A stretch of DNA of 63,535 nucleotides, the filler included, from Octopus bimaculoides (lineage: Eukaryota), in assembly GCF_001194135.2 (NCBI RefSeq). It is 6 parts of 6 records of this genome, joined end to end, with 100 filler letters (N's around TTAATTAATTAA, not from the genome) between each part and the next. Parts side by side here need not be neighbours in the genome. Positions count along the whole stretch, not along the records: positions 52,618 to 58,462 come from NC_069001.1; positions 58,563 to 63,535 come from NC_068982.1; 4 more parts are not named here. One strand, 5' to 3'. The notes under the pieces were generated by a model. It was not told where the DNA came from. It saw nothing but the letters and a program-made list of their open reading frames with translations, and searched no databases. Within the stretch, counting starts at the first letter, position 1. Every line of letters starts with the position of its first letter. The position numbers and the translations under genes are program-made. Shown piece by piece: positions 52,518 through 63,535 of the stretch.

Positions 52518-53612
52518 NNNNNNNNNNNNNNNNNNNNNNNNNNNNNNNNNNNNNNNNNNNNTTAATTAATTAANNNNNNNNNNNNNNNNNNNNNNNNNNN
52601 NNNNNNNNNNNNNNNNNATATACATACATACATACACACATTTATTATATACTGTTTTAATTTGCTTATGTGAATTTTTTTATTTATTATTGGTAGTGTA
52701 TGTTTTTTTTTAGAGGGGTTGTGTTTAGGGGGGGGGGTTGTCTTTTGCTTTTTTTTATAATTTTTGTAATGCTGTGCTTTGGAAACAAACAGAAAACGAT
52801 GGAGCCTTCCTTCTGCATGGTAACTCAATCTATTAGAAATAGCAGCCAAATCAATCTAGTTCTCTGTCTCTCATAAAAATGACCATATTAGATAATGTAT
52901 AGACAAACTACATTTGTAAAGAGGTGATGGTCATGGCTAGAATACTTTTGATGAGTCTGCAGGATCAGGGCAAACCTAGGGCTAAATAGCAACTAACAAA
53001 CAAACAAACAAATTATGGAGTGGCACACAAAAAGATGGCATCAAAGACGACAGGCTAATTAAAGAAAGCTAAAGACGCATTCCTCAACATTCTTGAAGAC
53101 AAAATAAAACCATTAATTCTGAAAAACCCTTTTTAACATGTCATTATTTCATGCCAGGTCAGCTTTGATTGTGTAACCTTATGATCAAAGACAGTCCAGT
53201 TTGGCCACCACCTCAAACAAAATAATATCAATGGTAAGTAAGCTTAAATCTGTCACACAGTTTATCACCCAACTCCCCACAACTGGTCTGGCCCTTTGGG
53301 CTTTTAGTAGGGTCCGCGTTGTTAGGTCAGATCTCAGATCTGAGGATGACATACTTACTTCTTACTACTAATATCAAAGGTTCCTATAAAGGAAAAAGAA
53401 AAAGGGACCTAGTAGGCATTGCCATTTCCTTACAGACAAAACCATAAAAAAAAAAAAAACCAAAGAATTTGTTATTATTTTAACCCCTTCCAACACCAAC
53501 CTACCTCAAAGTGACTCCTGGTCCTTTCAGTTTTAAAGTGACCTAAATCAAAACAACTGTTCCATCAAAATTTGATGTTTAGTTTAGTATTCTGGACAAA
53601 AACACCACCAGC

Positions 53613-53647
<35 letters not shown>

Positions 53648-54299
53648 CATCATCATCATCGTTTAACATCCGCCTTCCATGCTAGCATGGATTGGACGGT
53701 TTGACTGAGGACTGGTGAAACCAGATGGCTGCACAAGGCTCCAATCTGATCTGGCAGAGTTTCTACAGCTGGATGCCCTTCCTAACGCCAACCACTTCGA
53801 GAGCGTAGTGGGTGCTTTTACATGCCACCGGCACAAAGGCCAATCAGGAGGTACTGGCAACGGCCATGCTTGAAATGGTGTATTTTACATGCCACCTGCA
53901 CAGGAGCCAGTCCAGCGGCACTGGCAACGCTCTCGCTCAAATGTCTTTTCACGTGTCACTGGCACAAGTGCAAGGAATGAAAAAGTTATTTCATTATCTT
54001 CTTAATCCCACCTCCATTGTTGCCAAATTCATTGAAACTAAGGTAGTGTATGTACTTCAGGAGAAATATGATAAATTATCATAAGAGTTGAGGTAACAAA
54101 GTGTGGTTTGAGGGTGAGACAGTTGTTATGTCTTGTAGGCTAAGCAGCCACATAGTGACCTCCTAGTTGGTTCACCCTTGTAATAGGAAGAGTGAGGGTA
54201 TCGCCAAATAACCCAAGCAATAAGCACAAGTTGGCATTTACGAGTCTTGCATTTTCTTTCTATTAAACGACAAGACACATGCACATTTTATATACATAC

Positions 54300-54336
<37 letters not shown>

Positions 54337-54342
54337 CAAGAA

Positions 54343-54419
<77 letters not shown>

Positions 54420-55898
54420 AGAAAACATATATATATGCACACACACACACACATACGCAGAGTAAAACTATAAAACAACTGCATACTTAAGTAGTTAAGT
54501 GAAATAATGGCCCACATAGATAAGGCCAGGTTAAAAAAAAGAGACATTTTCTCAATGTCAACACCCTCAGGACATGCACCGCAATCTGTGACATGCACGT
54601 GCACACAAATACAATCACACACACACACATACAGCACTCTCAGATTGTCTTTCAGAAGACTCACAAAGCTTATTGTTATTTTTCACTGCCACGACAGCAA
54701 AAAACAACAACACAGCAGACCACTCTGCCTTGTGTACACATAAGTTATTGTTGCAGTAAGGTTATACAGTCTTGCGGTCTTGCTTGTAAACACTGGTATG
54801 CATATGCGTGTACACACGTACGTCTATATATATGTATGTGTGGATGTATACATGTGTGTGTGTGTGTGTGAGTGTGCGAATGTGGTTTTATATATAATTT
54901 CTGTGTGTGAAGGTATTGGATTAATAGCAAAGGTATCTGGCTTGCAATTGTAAGTTCCTCAGTTCAATTCCCGCCAGTGTATTTTGTTCTTGAGCAAGAC
55001 ACTTTATTTCGCATTGCTCCAGTTCACTCAGTTGGCAAAAGTGAGTTGTAAATCAAAGGGCCAGCCTTGACACATCCTGTGTATCACACTGAATCTTGCT
55101 GTGAACTATGTCAAGGGTACGCATGTCTGTGGAGTACTCAGCCACTCGAACATTAATTTCACAAGTAGGTTGTTCTGTGGATTGGATCAACTGGAATGCT
55201 CAATGTCGAAAGTAATGAAGAACCAGGCCATATGCATGTGCTGACATGGCTAGGTGCAGGCATGGTTGTGTGCTTGGTAACCAGTAACCAAATGATTTCA
55301 GGTTCAATCCCACTGTGTGGCACATTGGGCAAGTGTCTTCTACTATAGCAGTGGAATGACCAAAACCTTGTGAATAGAACTAGTAGAAAGAAACTGAAAG
55401 AAGCCCATTGTGTGTGTGGGCGAGAGGTCTCTCTCTCTCACCTGGTGTTGATATCGCATGATAGTTGTAAACAGGCATCAGCATCAAAGAAGCAGTAATA
55501 GTTCCCATGTTTGGCAAACAGGGAAATATTACCTCCCTTGGAAACAGGCGAGGGTTGGTGACAAAGAGAGCATCCAGCCGTAGAATATCTGCCTTAATGG
55601 AATTCTCTCTGACCCATACAAGTGTGGAAATGGACATTGAAACAATGATGATGATGATTGTTGCCATTACTAGCAATCAATTGGCCACATATAAGCTCCC
55701 TCGCTGGTTCAACCAACTACATAGAGCGGAAGACAGTGCACTACAGGGACTATTGGTTCCTCTTTCTCTCTGACCATTATATAGTCTGATCTGCTAGTTC
55801 AATCCACACTGCAGGGAGAACGAAAATAACAAACTGTAGTAATTATAGATTTGGTTTTACAGTTTAGGAATTGCAAGCTTATAAAACATTGGTTATCC

Positions 55899-55984
<86 letters not shown>

Positions 55985-56285
55985 AACACGCATGTGTGCA
56001 CACACACACAGGTGAGAGAGTGGGGGAGTGAATGGTTTAGACATGTGAGAAATGTGTAAACACATGTATGTCTATGTGTGTTTGATAGAGTTCAAATATG
56101 TGTGTGTATGTATGTGAGTGTGAGTGTGTGTGTGTGCATACACTTCAATGCGTATCTTCATATGTTACCATGTGGATATGTGTGAAAGAATGTGTTTAAG
56201 TGTGTGTGTGTGTGTGTGTATACTTGTGTGAATGTGTAAGAGAGAATGAGTTTGAATATATGTAAGTGGGAAATATGTCTGTACA

Positions 56286-56317
<32 letters not shown>

Positions 56318-56568
56318 TATTGGAGAAAGTATGCAAATATGAGTGTGTATACGTGTGTGTGCATGAGAATGAGCTTGAGACTAAATGTCTGAGTCTATGT
56401 ATATGTGTGAGAATATTTTTGAATATGTATGTTTGTGTGTGTGCGTGTATGTGTATATGTATGTGTGTGAGATTACATTTGAATGTGCATGATGTGTGTT
56501 TGTGTCGGGGGAAAGAACCACATTTGGATGTGTGTAAGGAATGTGTATGTGTATTTATTTATGTATGC

Positions 56569-56616
<48 letters not shown>

Positions 56617-57599
56617 TGCATGCGAATGCCTGTGTGTGGGAGAGAGAGAGAGAGAGAGAGATTATGTTTCTGTGTGGCACACATGTGTATTTTCTTAAAA
56701 CATTAGTCGATGGAGTCTATCCAACTGCTATAATTAACAAAATCCATTCTGGTTTAAGTGGCCACCCACCCTCACCTTCCCAGACATCTCCACCCCACCC
56801 CCAGCCGCATCCAAAATATACCACTCAACATAAATACCATTATTTGGATGGCCTCCACGGTTGTGGTCTGTGGTGTGATGTGTTCAATACAATCTATTCA
56901 ACACCATATCACCACCACCACCACCACCACCACCACCACTACCATCATCAACACAATCATCATCACCATTATCAACACCATCATCACCACTATCACACTC
57001 ATTATGATCATTACCATCATCATCACATCAAGTAGCATCTCTATCCATCAAAAATTGCCAGCATCATTATCACCATCAATGCAGATGTGATGCATTACAT
57101 AATATGACCAGTCCCAATCTATATATCTTATATGCGATATCATTATATTATCCTCATTGCGGTGGATTAGACAGAATTAGACAGAGCACCAAAGTAAAAA
57201 TGGCCATAGTATTTCTTCTGCTTCTCTACAATCTGAGTTCAAATCCTGCCAAGATCTACTTTTTAACTGTTCATCACTCCAGGGGATCAATAAAATCCAG
57301 GGGATCAATAAAGCACCTGTCCAATACTAGAGTTGATATAATTGACTATTCCCCTTTGGCACAAGGCCAGCAATTTGGAGGAAATGGGGGTAAATCAATT
57401 ACATCGACTCCAGTACTCAACAGGTACTTATTTTATCGACCCCCACCAAAAAAAGATGAAAGACAAAGTTGACCTAGGAAGAATTTGAACTCAGAATGTA
57501 ACGATAGACAAAATTCTGTAAAGCATTTTGCCCAGCGGGCTAATGATTCGGTCAGCTAATTGCCTTGGGCTGTAAATCTATTTTAAAGACAATTATACA

Positions 57600-57840
57600 T
57601 CACCACCACTGCCACCACCACTGCCACCACCACTGCCACCACCACTGCCACCACCACTGCCACCACCACTGCCNNNNNNNNNNNNNNNNNNNNNNNNNNN
57701 NNNNNNNNNNNNNNNNNNNNNNNNNNNNNNNNNNNNNNNNNNNNNNNNNNNNNNNNNNNNNNNNNNNNNNNNNNNNNNNNNNNNNNNNCCACTGCCACCA
57801 CCACTGCCACCACCACTGCCACCACCACTGCCACCACCAT
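57600..57840. repeat. (CACCACTGCCAC)n 12-mer minisatellite spanning a gap
   Basis: Direct reading. Confidence 0.9.
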
Positions 57841-58231
57841 TGTTGCCAAACATTGATTGAGCAGCCTAACATCAAAAGATATACTGTTCCAGATGTGAAC
57901 ATCCTGTCTTTATTCCAGTTACAGTTATCCAATTTTTTCAGGCCTGGCGCCTATAGTAGAAAGAATTATTGTTGTTGTTGTTATTATTATTATTATTATT
58001 ACTATTATTATTATTGGCCATTGCCAGTACCGCCAGACTGGCCCTCGTGCTTGTGGCACATAAAACACACCCACTACACTCTCGGAGTGGTTGGCGTTAG
58101 GAAGAGCATCCAGCTGTAGAAACTCTGCCAGATCAGAGTAGAGTCTGGTGTAGCCATCTGGTTAGCCAAGTCCCCAGTCAAATCGTCCAACCCATGCTAG
58201 CATGGAAAGTGGACGTTAAATGATGATGACA

Positions 58232-58276
<45 letters not shown>

Positions 58277-58288
58277 ATAAAATTGTGG

Positions 58289-58462
58289 AGGCGCAATGGC
58301 CCAGTGGTTAGGGCAGCGGACTTGTGGTCATAGGATCGCGGTTTCGATTCCCAGACCGGGCGTTGTGAGTGTTTATTGAGCGAAAACACCTAAAGCGCCA
58401 CGAGGCTCTGGCAGGGGATGGTGGCGAACCCTGCTGTACTCTTTCACCACAACTATCTCTCA
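58289..58462 (+). mobile_element. SINE family B with well-preserved tRNA-like head
   Basis: ggcgcaatggcccagtggttagggcagcggac...ggtttcgattccc, then non-tRNA body; inverse copy at 45600-45735. Confidence 0.85.
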
Positions 58463-58562
58463 NNNNNNNNNNNNNNNNNNNNNNNNNNNNNNNNNNNNNN
58501 NNNNNNTTAATTAATTAANNNNNNNNNNNNNNNNNNNNNNNNNNNNNNNNNNNNNNNNNNNN

Positions 58563-58639
<77 letters not shown>

Positions 58640-59572
58640 TGTGTGTGTGTACGATGAGCTTCTTTCAGTTTCCGTCAACCAAATCCACTAACAAGGCTTT
58701 GTTCAGCCTGAGACTATAGTAGAAGACACATGCGCATGATGTCACGGAGTGGAACTGAACCCAAAACCGTGTGGTTGGGAAGCAACTGCTTACCACACAG
58801 CCACGCCTATAAATACATTAGTAAAATCAAGTGGGAGATTAACATAATTAATCCCAAATATCTGAAATAAATAACATTATTCCTAAAATGAGGGGAAATC
58901 GCTCTCATTAACTAAATGGTTAATTCTAGTCAAGATATCCATGAGGGGTAAATATGAATATTTGAATTAAATCAAGATTAATTAAAAAAACTGATTTCAA
59001 ATTTTGGCACAAGGCCAGCAATTTTGAATGAAGTGGGTAAATCGATTTCATCCACCTCAGTACTCAACTAGTACTTAATTTATCGACCCCCGAAAGGATA
59101 AAAGGCAACGTCGACCTCGGCAGAATTTGAACTCAGGACGTAAAGACGGACGAAATACAGCGAAACAGTTTGTACGGCGTGCTAACGATTCTGCCAGCTC
59201 TCTGCCTTAATTAAAATAATTAGATTACTCTTAATTAATTAAAATATTGAAAGGTGGGTGGTGGTGATGCATTAGTGTGAGAGTTCGATCTTTGATAACA
59301 AGTCTAGAAATGTTTCAGTATCGTTAGACCTCTTCAGCGAAGCCTAATGTCGTCAGTATTTGGCAGAGACAAGATGATAGGGTCTGAATGCTCGGAACAC
59401 AGTGGTGTCAGATGGTAGTGCTAGACGGGGAAATGGATCCAAGATGATAGGGCTAAATGGATAGAAAGATGGTACTAATTCCTCTTTGTCATACTTGCAG
59501 TAAAATATTTTTTTGTTATCTTTCAGTCAGGACTTTGGAAGGCAACGTCCATGACGCTTTATTGGACCTTTG

Positions 59573-59574
<2 letters not shown>

Positions 59575-59618
<44 letters not shown>

Positions 59619-59776
59619 GAGAGAGAGAGAGTGATGGAAGGAGACAGACAGAGAGAGAGAGAGAGAGAAGAGATGGAGGGAGACAGACAGACAGATAGAG
59701 AGAGAGAGAGAGAGTGATGGAGACAGACAGACAGATAGATAGATAGAGAGAGATGGAAGGAGACAGACAGACAGAC

Positions 59777-59824
<48 letters not shown>
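59575..59824. repeat. (GA)n/(GACA)n/(GATA)n microsatellite
   Basis: Direct reading. Confidence 0.95.
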
Positions 59825-61699
59825 NNNNNNNNNNNNNNNNNNNNNNNNNNNNNNNNNNNNNNNNNNNNNNNNNNNNNNNNNNNNNNNNNNNNNNNNNNNN
59901 NNNNNNNNNNNNNNNNNNNNNNNNNNNNNNNNNNNNNNNNNNNNNNNNNNNNNNNNNNNNNNNNNNNNNNNNNNNNNNNNNNNNNNNNNNNNNNNNNNNN
60001 NNNNNNNNNNNNNNNNNNNNNNNNNNNNNNNNNNNNNNNNNNNNNNNNNNNNNNNNNNNNNNNNNNNNNNNNNNNNNNNNNNNNNNNNNNNNNNNNNNNN
60101 NNNNNNNNNNNNNNNNNNNNNNNNNNNNNNNNNNNNNNNNNNNNNNNNNNNNNNNNNNNNNNNNNNNNNNNNNNNNNNNNNNNNNNNNNNGTTAGAAGTG
60201 GGGAGTCTGCCTTGCAGCTTCCTTTTCGAGTTTATTGTACCATGTCCTGTGTTTCCCTGAAGGAAAAGCCTTCCTCTCCCAGGTCTTGTTGGTTTTCCCT
60301 TGTCATCAGTGCTTCTGTGACTTCACTTTTTCAATGTAGAGCTGTTGGCCTTACACAAAACCATTTTTACCTTTGGGAAGAGGTCGTCCATATTAGTTGG
60401 GCTTTTATCCTTTGACTTGTCTAGCATGGGAACCCAAACTAGGAGCTTACACTTCACTGGCATAGCTGTCAGAGTCACCGCGAGGAACAAGATTAGGCCA
60501 TGGTGGGATTTGAAGCTACAACATAAAAAATCCGAAACAAATACCTCAAGGTATCCAGTCCGACGTTCTTACTGTTCCACCAATCCACCACACTTTTTTT
60601 TTTTATCAACATCAGAAAAGTGAAGTTAGCCTCATGGGGTTCTGAACTCAGAGACTCTGAATAAATACCCCGAGACGTCCTACAAAATGGCGTCCTACAA
60701 CGGCGAAGCTTCCACCGTCACGTGGTTTGTTGATCATCTGGGAAACAGCGAATCTAAACGGAAAATGTATATTTTCCATTATGTTTCTGTCTTCTTTGTG
60801 AGGGTGCGTGGCATAGTGGTTAGTGTATTCGGTTCGCGATCCTAAGGTCGTGAGATCGAATCACGGCGACACGTTGTGTCCTTGAGCAAGACATTTTATT
60901 TCACATTTCTCCAGTCCACTCGGCTGGCAAAGATGAGTTGTAACTGTAATTCGAAGGGTCAGCCTTATTGCATTCTGTGTCATGCTGAATCTCCATGGGA
61001 TCTACTTTAAGAGTATGTGTCTGTGGAGTGCTGTTCCGTTGATCGGATCAACTGGAACGCTCGTCGTAACCGACGGAGTGCCAATTTCTGTCTTCTTTCT
61101 ATTGTTTAAGGCGACTGATTTTAGAGGAATGTCTGATCAGAGCATTTGCGTTCATTTGGAGTGTGTCGCCATATTATTTCAGGTTATTATTGTGACATAA
61201 GACAACAAGCTGGCAAAATCTAGTTGGCGTTTCTCTCGTATATCAGAAAAACCGAATCGTTCATGTTATCACATACTTCGTTTACAATGTCGACCTACAT
61301 CGCATTTCACTGTCTTTTCCATTTTTTCTCTCCCATCCTTTACGCAAATCCCCACACAAATTGTCGTCTGCGCTTGTGATGTCCCCCTCATCTGTGCCCT
61401 TGTGGTTAATAAAAGAAATTATTATTTACTATCTATCGTGTTTTTACACTTAGTCCAACGGTTCATGTCGGATATATACGTTTACCAATTTAATCATTTT
61501 GTATGATTTATTTCCCTTGTAATTTCCTTCTTTTGTTTTTTGACGTTGACGTTCATTTCTACTGTGTGTGGTTTTCATGTTTTACATTTAATGTTTTCCC
61601 CGCTTGGTTTTTATTAAGTTGCTTTTTTCTGATGTGTAATTGGAGCCGTATATATTTTTATATGTTCCCTTGTAGAATAAAATGTATGTATTCTTTTGG

Positions 61700-61930
61700 T
61701 TACGTCTATAATTATTTTGTTGAATGTACTGAAGTATCCGGGTTTCCTAGTGGAACTGGTTCCATTGGGCTCGTTTGAAGTTTGTAAAAGAGTTATTGCT
61801 TTGTACGTTGTTGTGCGTGAATATGTTATGATAAATTTGCTAAGTTGTCATAAGAGAGCCTGGAGAATTACTCGCCGAATGATTATGGTATGTAAGTATG
61901 GCGTACACGAGATATTTGGGAACGAGTTAT
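61700..61930 (-). mobile_element. Possible Jockey/I-type LINE endonuclease-RT linker fragment
   Basis: SFTNFKRAQWNQFH.ET resembles the TNFKKADW..F linker motif. Confidence 0.3.
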
Positions 61931-62059
61931 CGTAGTTAACTTGGATGTGTGTGTATGTGTGTGTGTGTATGTGTGTGTGTGTGTATGTGTGTGTNNNNNN
62001 NNNNNNNNNNNNNNNNNNNNNNNNNNNNNNNNNNNNNNGAGATAGAGAGAGATAGAGAG

Positions 62060-62470
62060 AGTTTTATTAATGTCAAAAACAGAACGAAAAACAGTGATGA
62101 ATGAGTCATCTCTAAGCACTTAGTAAACGGAGAGAATGTTAGATTCATCGTCACCAAAATGGTGTTCTGCAACAGCGTAGCTTCCACCGTCGCGTAGTTT
62201 GTTGATCATCTCTTCCTTTGCCTCCCATCCGCGTCGTTTGTTAGAATCTGGCACCTTCGTAATTTTTCTGTTCCTTGGTCCCATGTTAAATTCGAATAAG
62301 AGAAAAGAAAAAATAAATAAAAGACGCAGCCTTGCTATATGGTCATGTAAACATAAGTCGGTGTATTCTGGGTAGCTGAGAATTCTGGTTGGTTGATGGG
62401 GTGCGTTTATACGGTCCAAGCGGAATCTTTGACTGATCGCCGACCCGTGTTATCACAGATCAATCCGTGA
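62060..62470 (-). mobile_element. Tigger/pogo N-terminal relic (partly duplicated at ~60680-60740)
   Basis: MGPRNRK...KRR.WEAKEEMINKLRDG.S.AVAEHHFG.DESNI resembles the pogo N-terminal HTH. Confidence 0.55.
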
Positions 62471-63189
62471 TAGGTGTAACATGGTTCAATTAAGTGCACC
62501 GTGATGAATGAATCAGAGATAAAAAAGAAATTGGTTTACAGTTTTACTGAGTACTTACTAATCCTTATTGTTTAACTTTTACTTGTTTCAGTCATTGGAC
62601 TGCGGCCATGCTGGGGCACCGCCTTGAAGGGTTTTTATCGAACGAATCGACCCCAGGACTTTTTTTTTTTTTTGTTTCTCTGGTACTTATACCCTCGGTT
62701 TCCTTCGTCGAACCACTACGTTTTGAAGGACCTAAACTAACCTACACAGGTTGACCCCACCCGACTACCGCTTGACAACCGGTAGTGGGGGACAAACACA
62801 TGCGCACGCACTCACAAGTGTGTGTGTGTGTGTGCGTGCGCGCGCGCGCCTCTTTCAGTTTCTGCCTAGCAAATCCACTCACAAGGCTTCGATTGTCCCC
62901 GTGTTATAGCAGACGACATTGCGCAAAGTGCCGCACAGAGGATCTGAGACCCAAACTGTACGTTGTGACAGTCATAAATAAATCTAGTCTCGCTCATATA
63001 TAACTGTACCGAATGATACTCATACACACACACACACACACACACGCACACACACACACACACACACACATCGATATACCTGGTGACACAGGAATATAAA
63101 TGTACCTAATGACATTGATACACAGATGTCTGCAATGTTAGCACTCCCACCCACACATGTCTATGTTTGTATGTACATATGTTTGTCAT

Positions 63190-63500
<311 letters not shown>

Positions 63501-63535
63501 AGTAAATCATCGCACACACTGTACTCTTTCTCTTC

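Noticed and set aside
56758-57090. Thr/Ile- or His-rich ORFs
   Set aside because: (CAC)n/(CAT)n repeat with no splice or domain support.
58289-58362. tRNA gene
   Set aside because: A/B boxes are present, but there is no closing acceptor stem and it runs into a repeated SINE body.

Overview
Eukaryotic, AT-rich, gap-ridden and repeat-saturated genomic DNA. It is most likely from a coleoid cephalopod (Octopus-like); this is inferred from the tRNA-derived SINE families and microsatellite load, not from a search. Nearly all recognisable coding sequence is decayed transposon. Retroelements include four Penelope-like elements (PLEs) or fragments (two Neptune-like, two Naiad-like), RTE and Tx1/L1 LINE pieces, four R4/Dong-like 3' ends next to (TAA)n, and many SINEs. 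DNA elements include three mariners (one full-length with TIRs), a Tc1, Tigger/pogo relics, MITEs, a Helitron-like non-autonomous element and an 860-bp fold-back. The only convincing host coding exon is a phase 1-1 PAN/apple-domain exon (51862-52116, +). A unique, CpG-containing region at 10.1-11.5 kb looks like a divergent promoter pair and contains a pre-miRNA-like hairpin. The most interesting signal is a set of five hammerhead-ribozyme (HHR) folds read directly from the sequence. Three are tied to PLE ends, one is an intact solitary minimal HHR, and one is a core-variant HHR. Five 100-bp gaps carry an artificial TTAATTAATTAA linker, so the window is six joined scaffold pieces and long-range gene models are uncertain. 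Repeat boundaries were set by eye and are approximate unless TIR/TSD positions are given.
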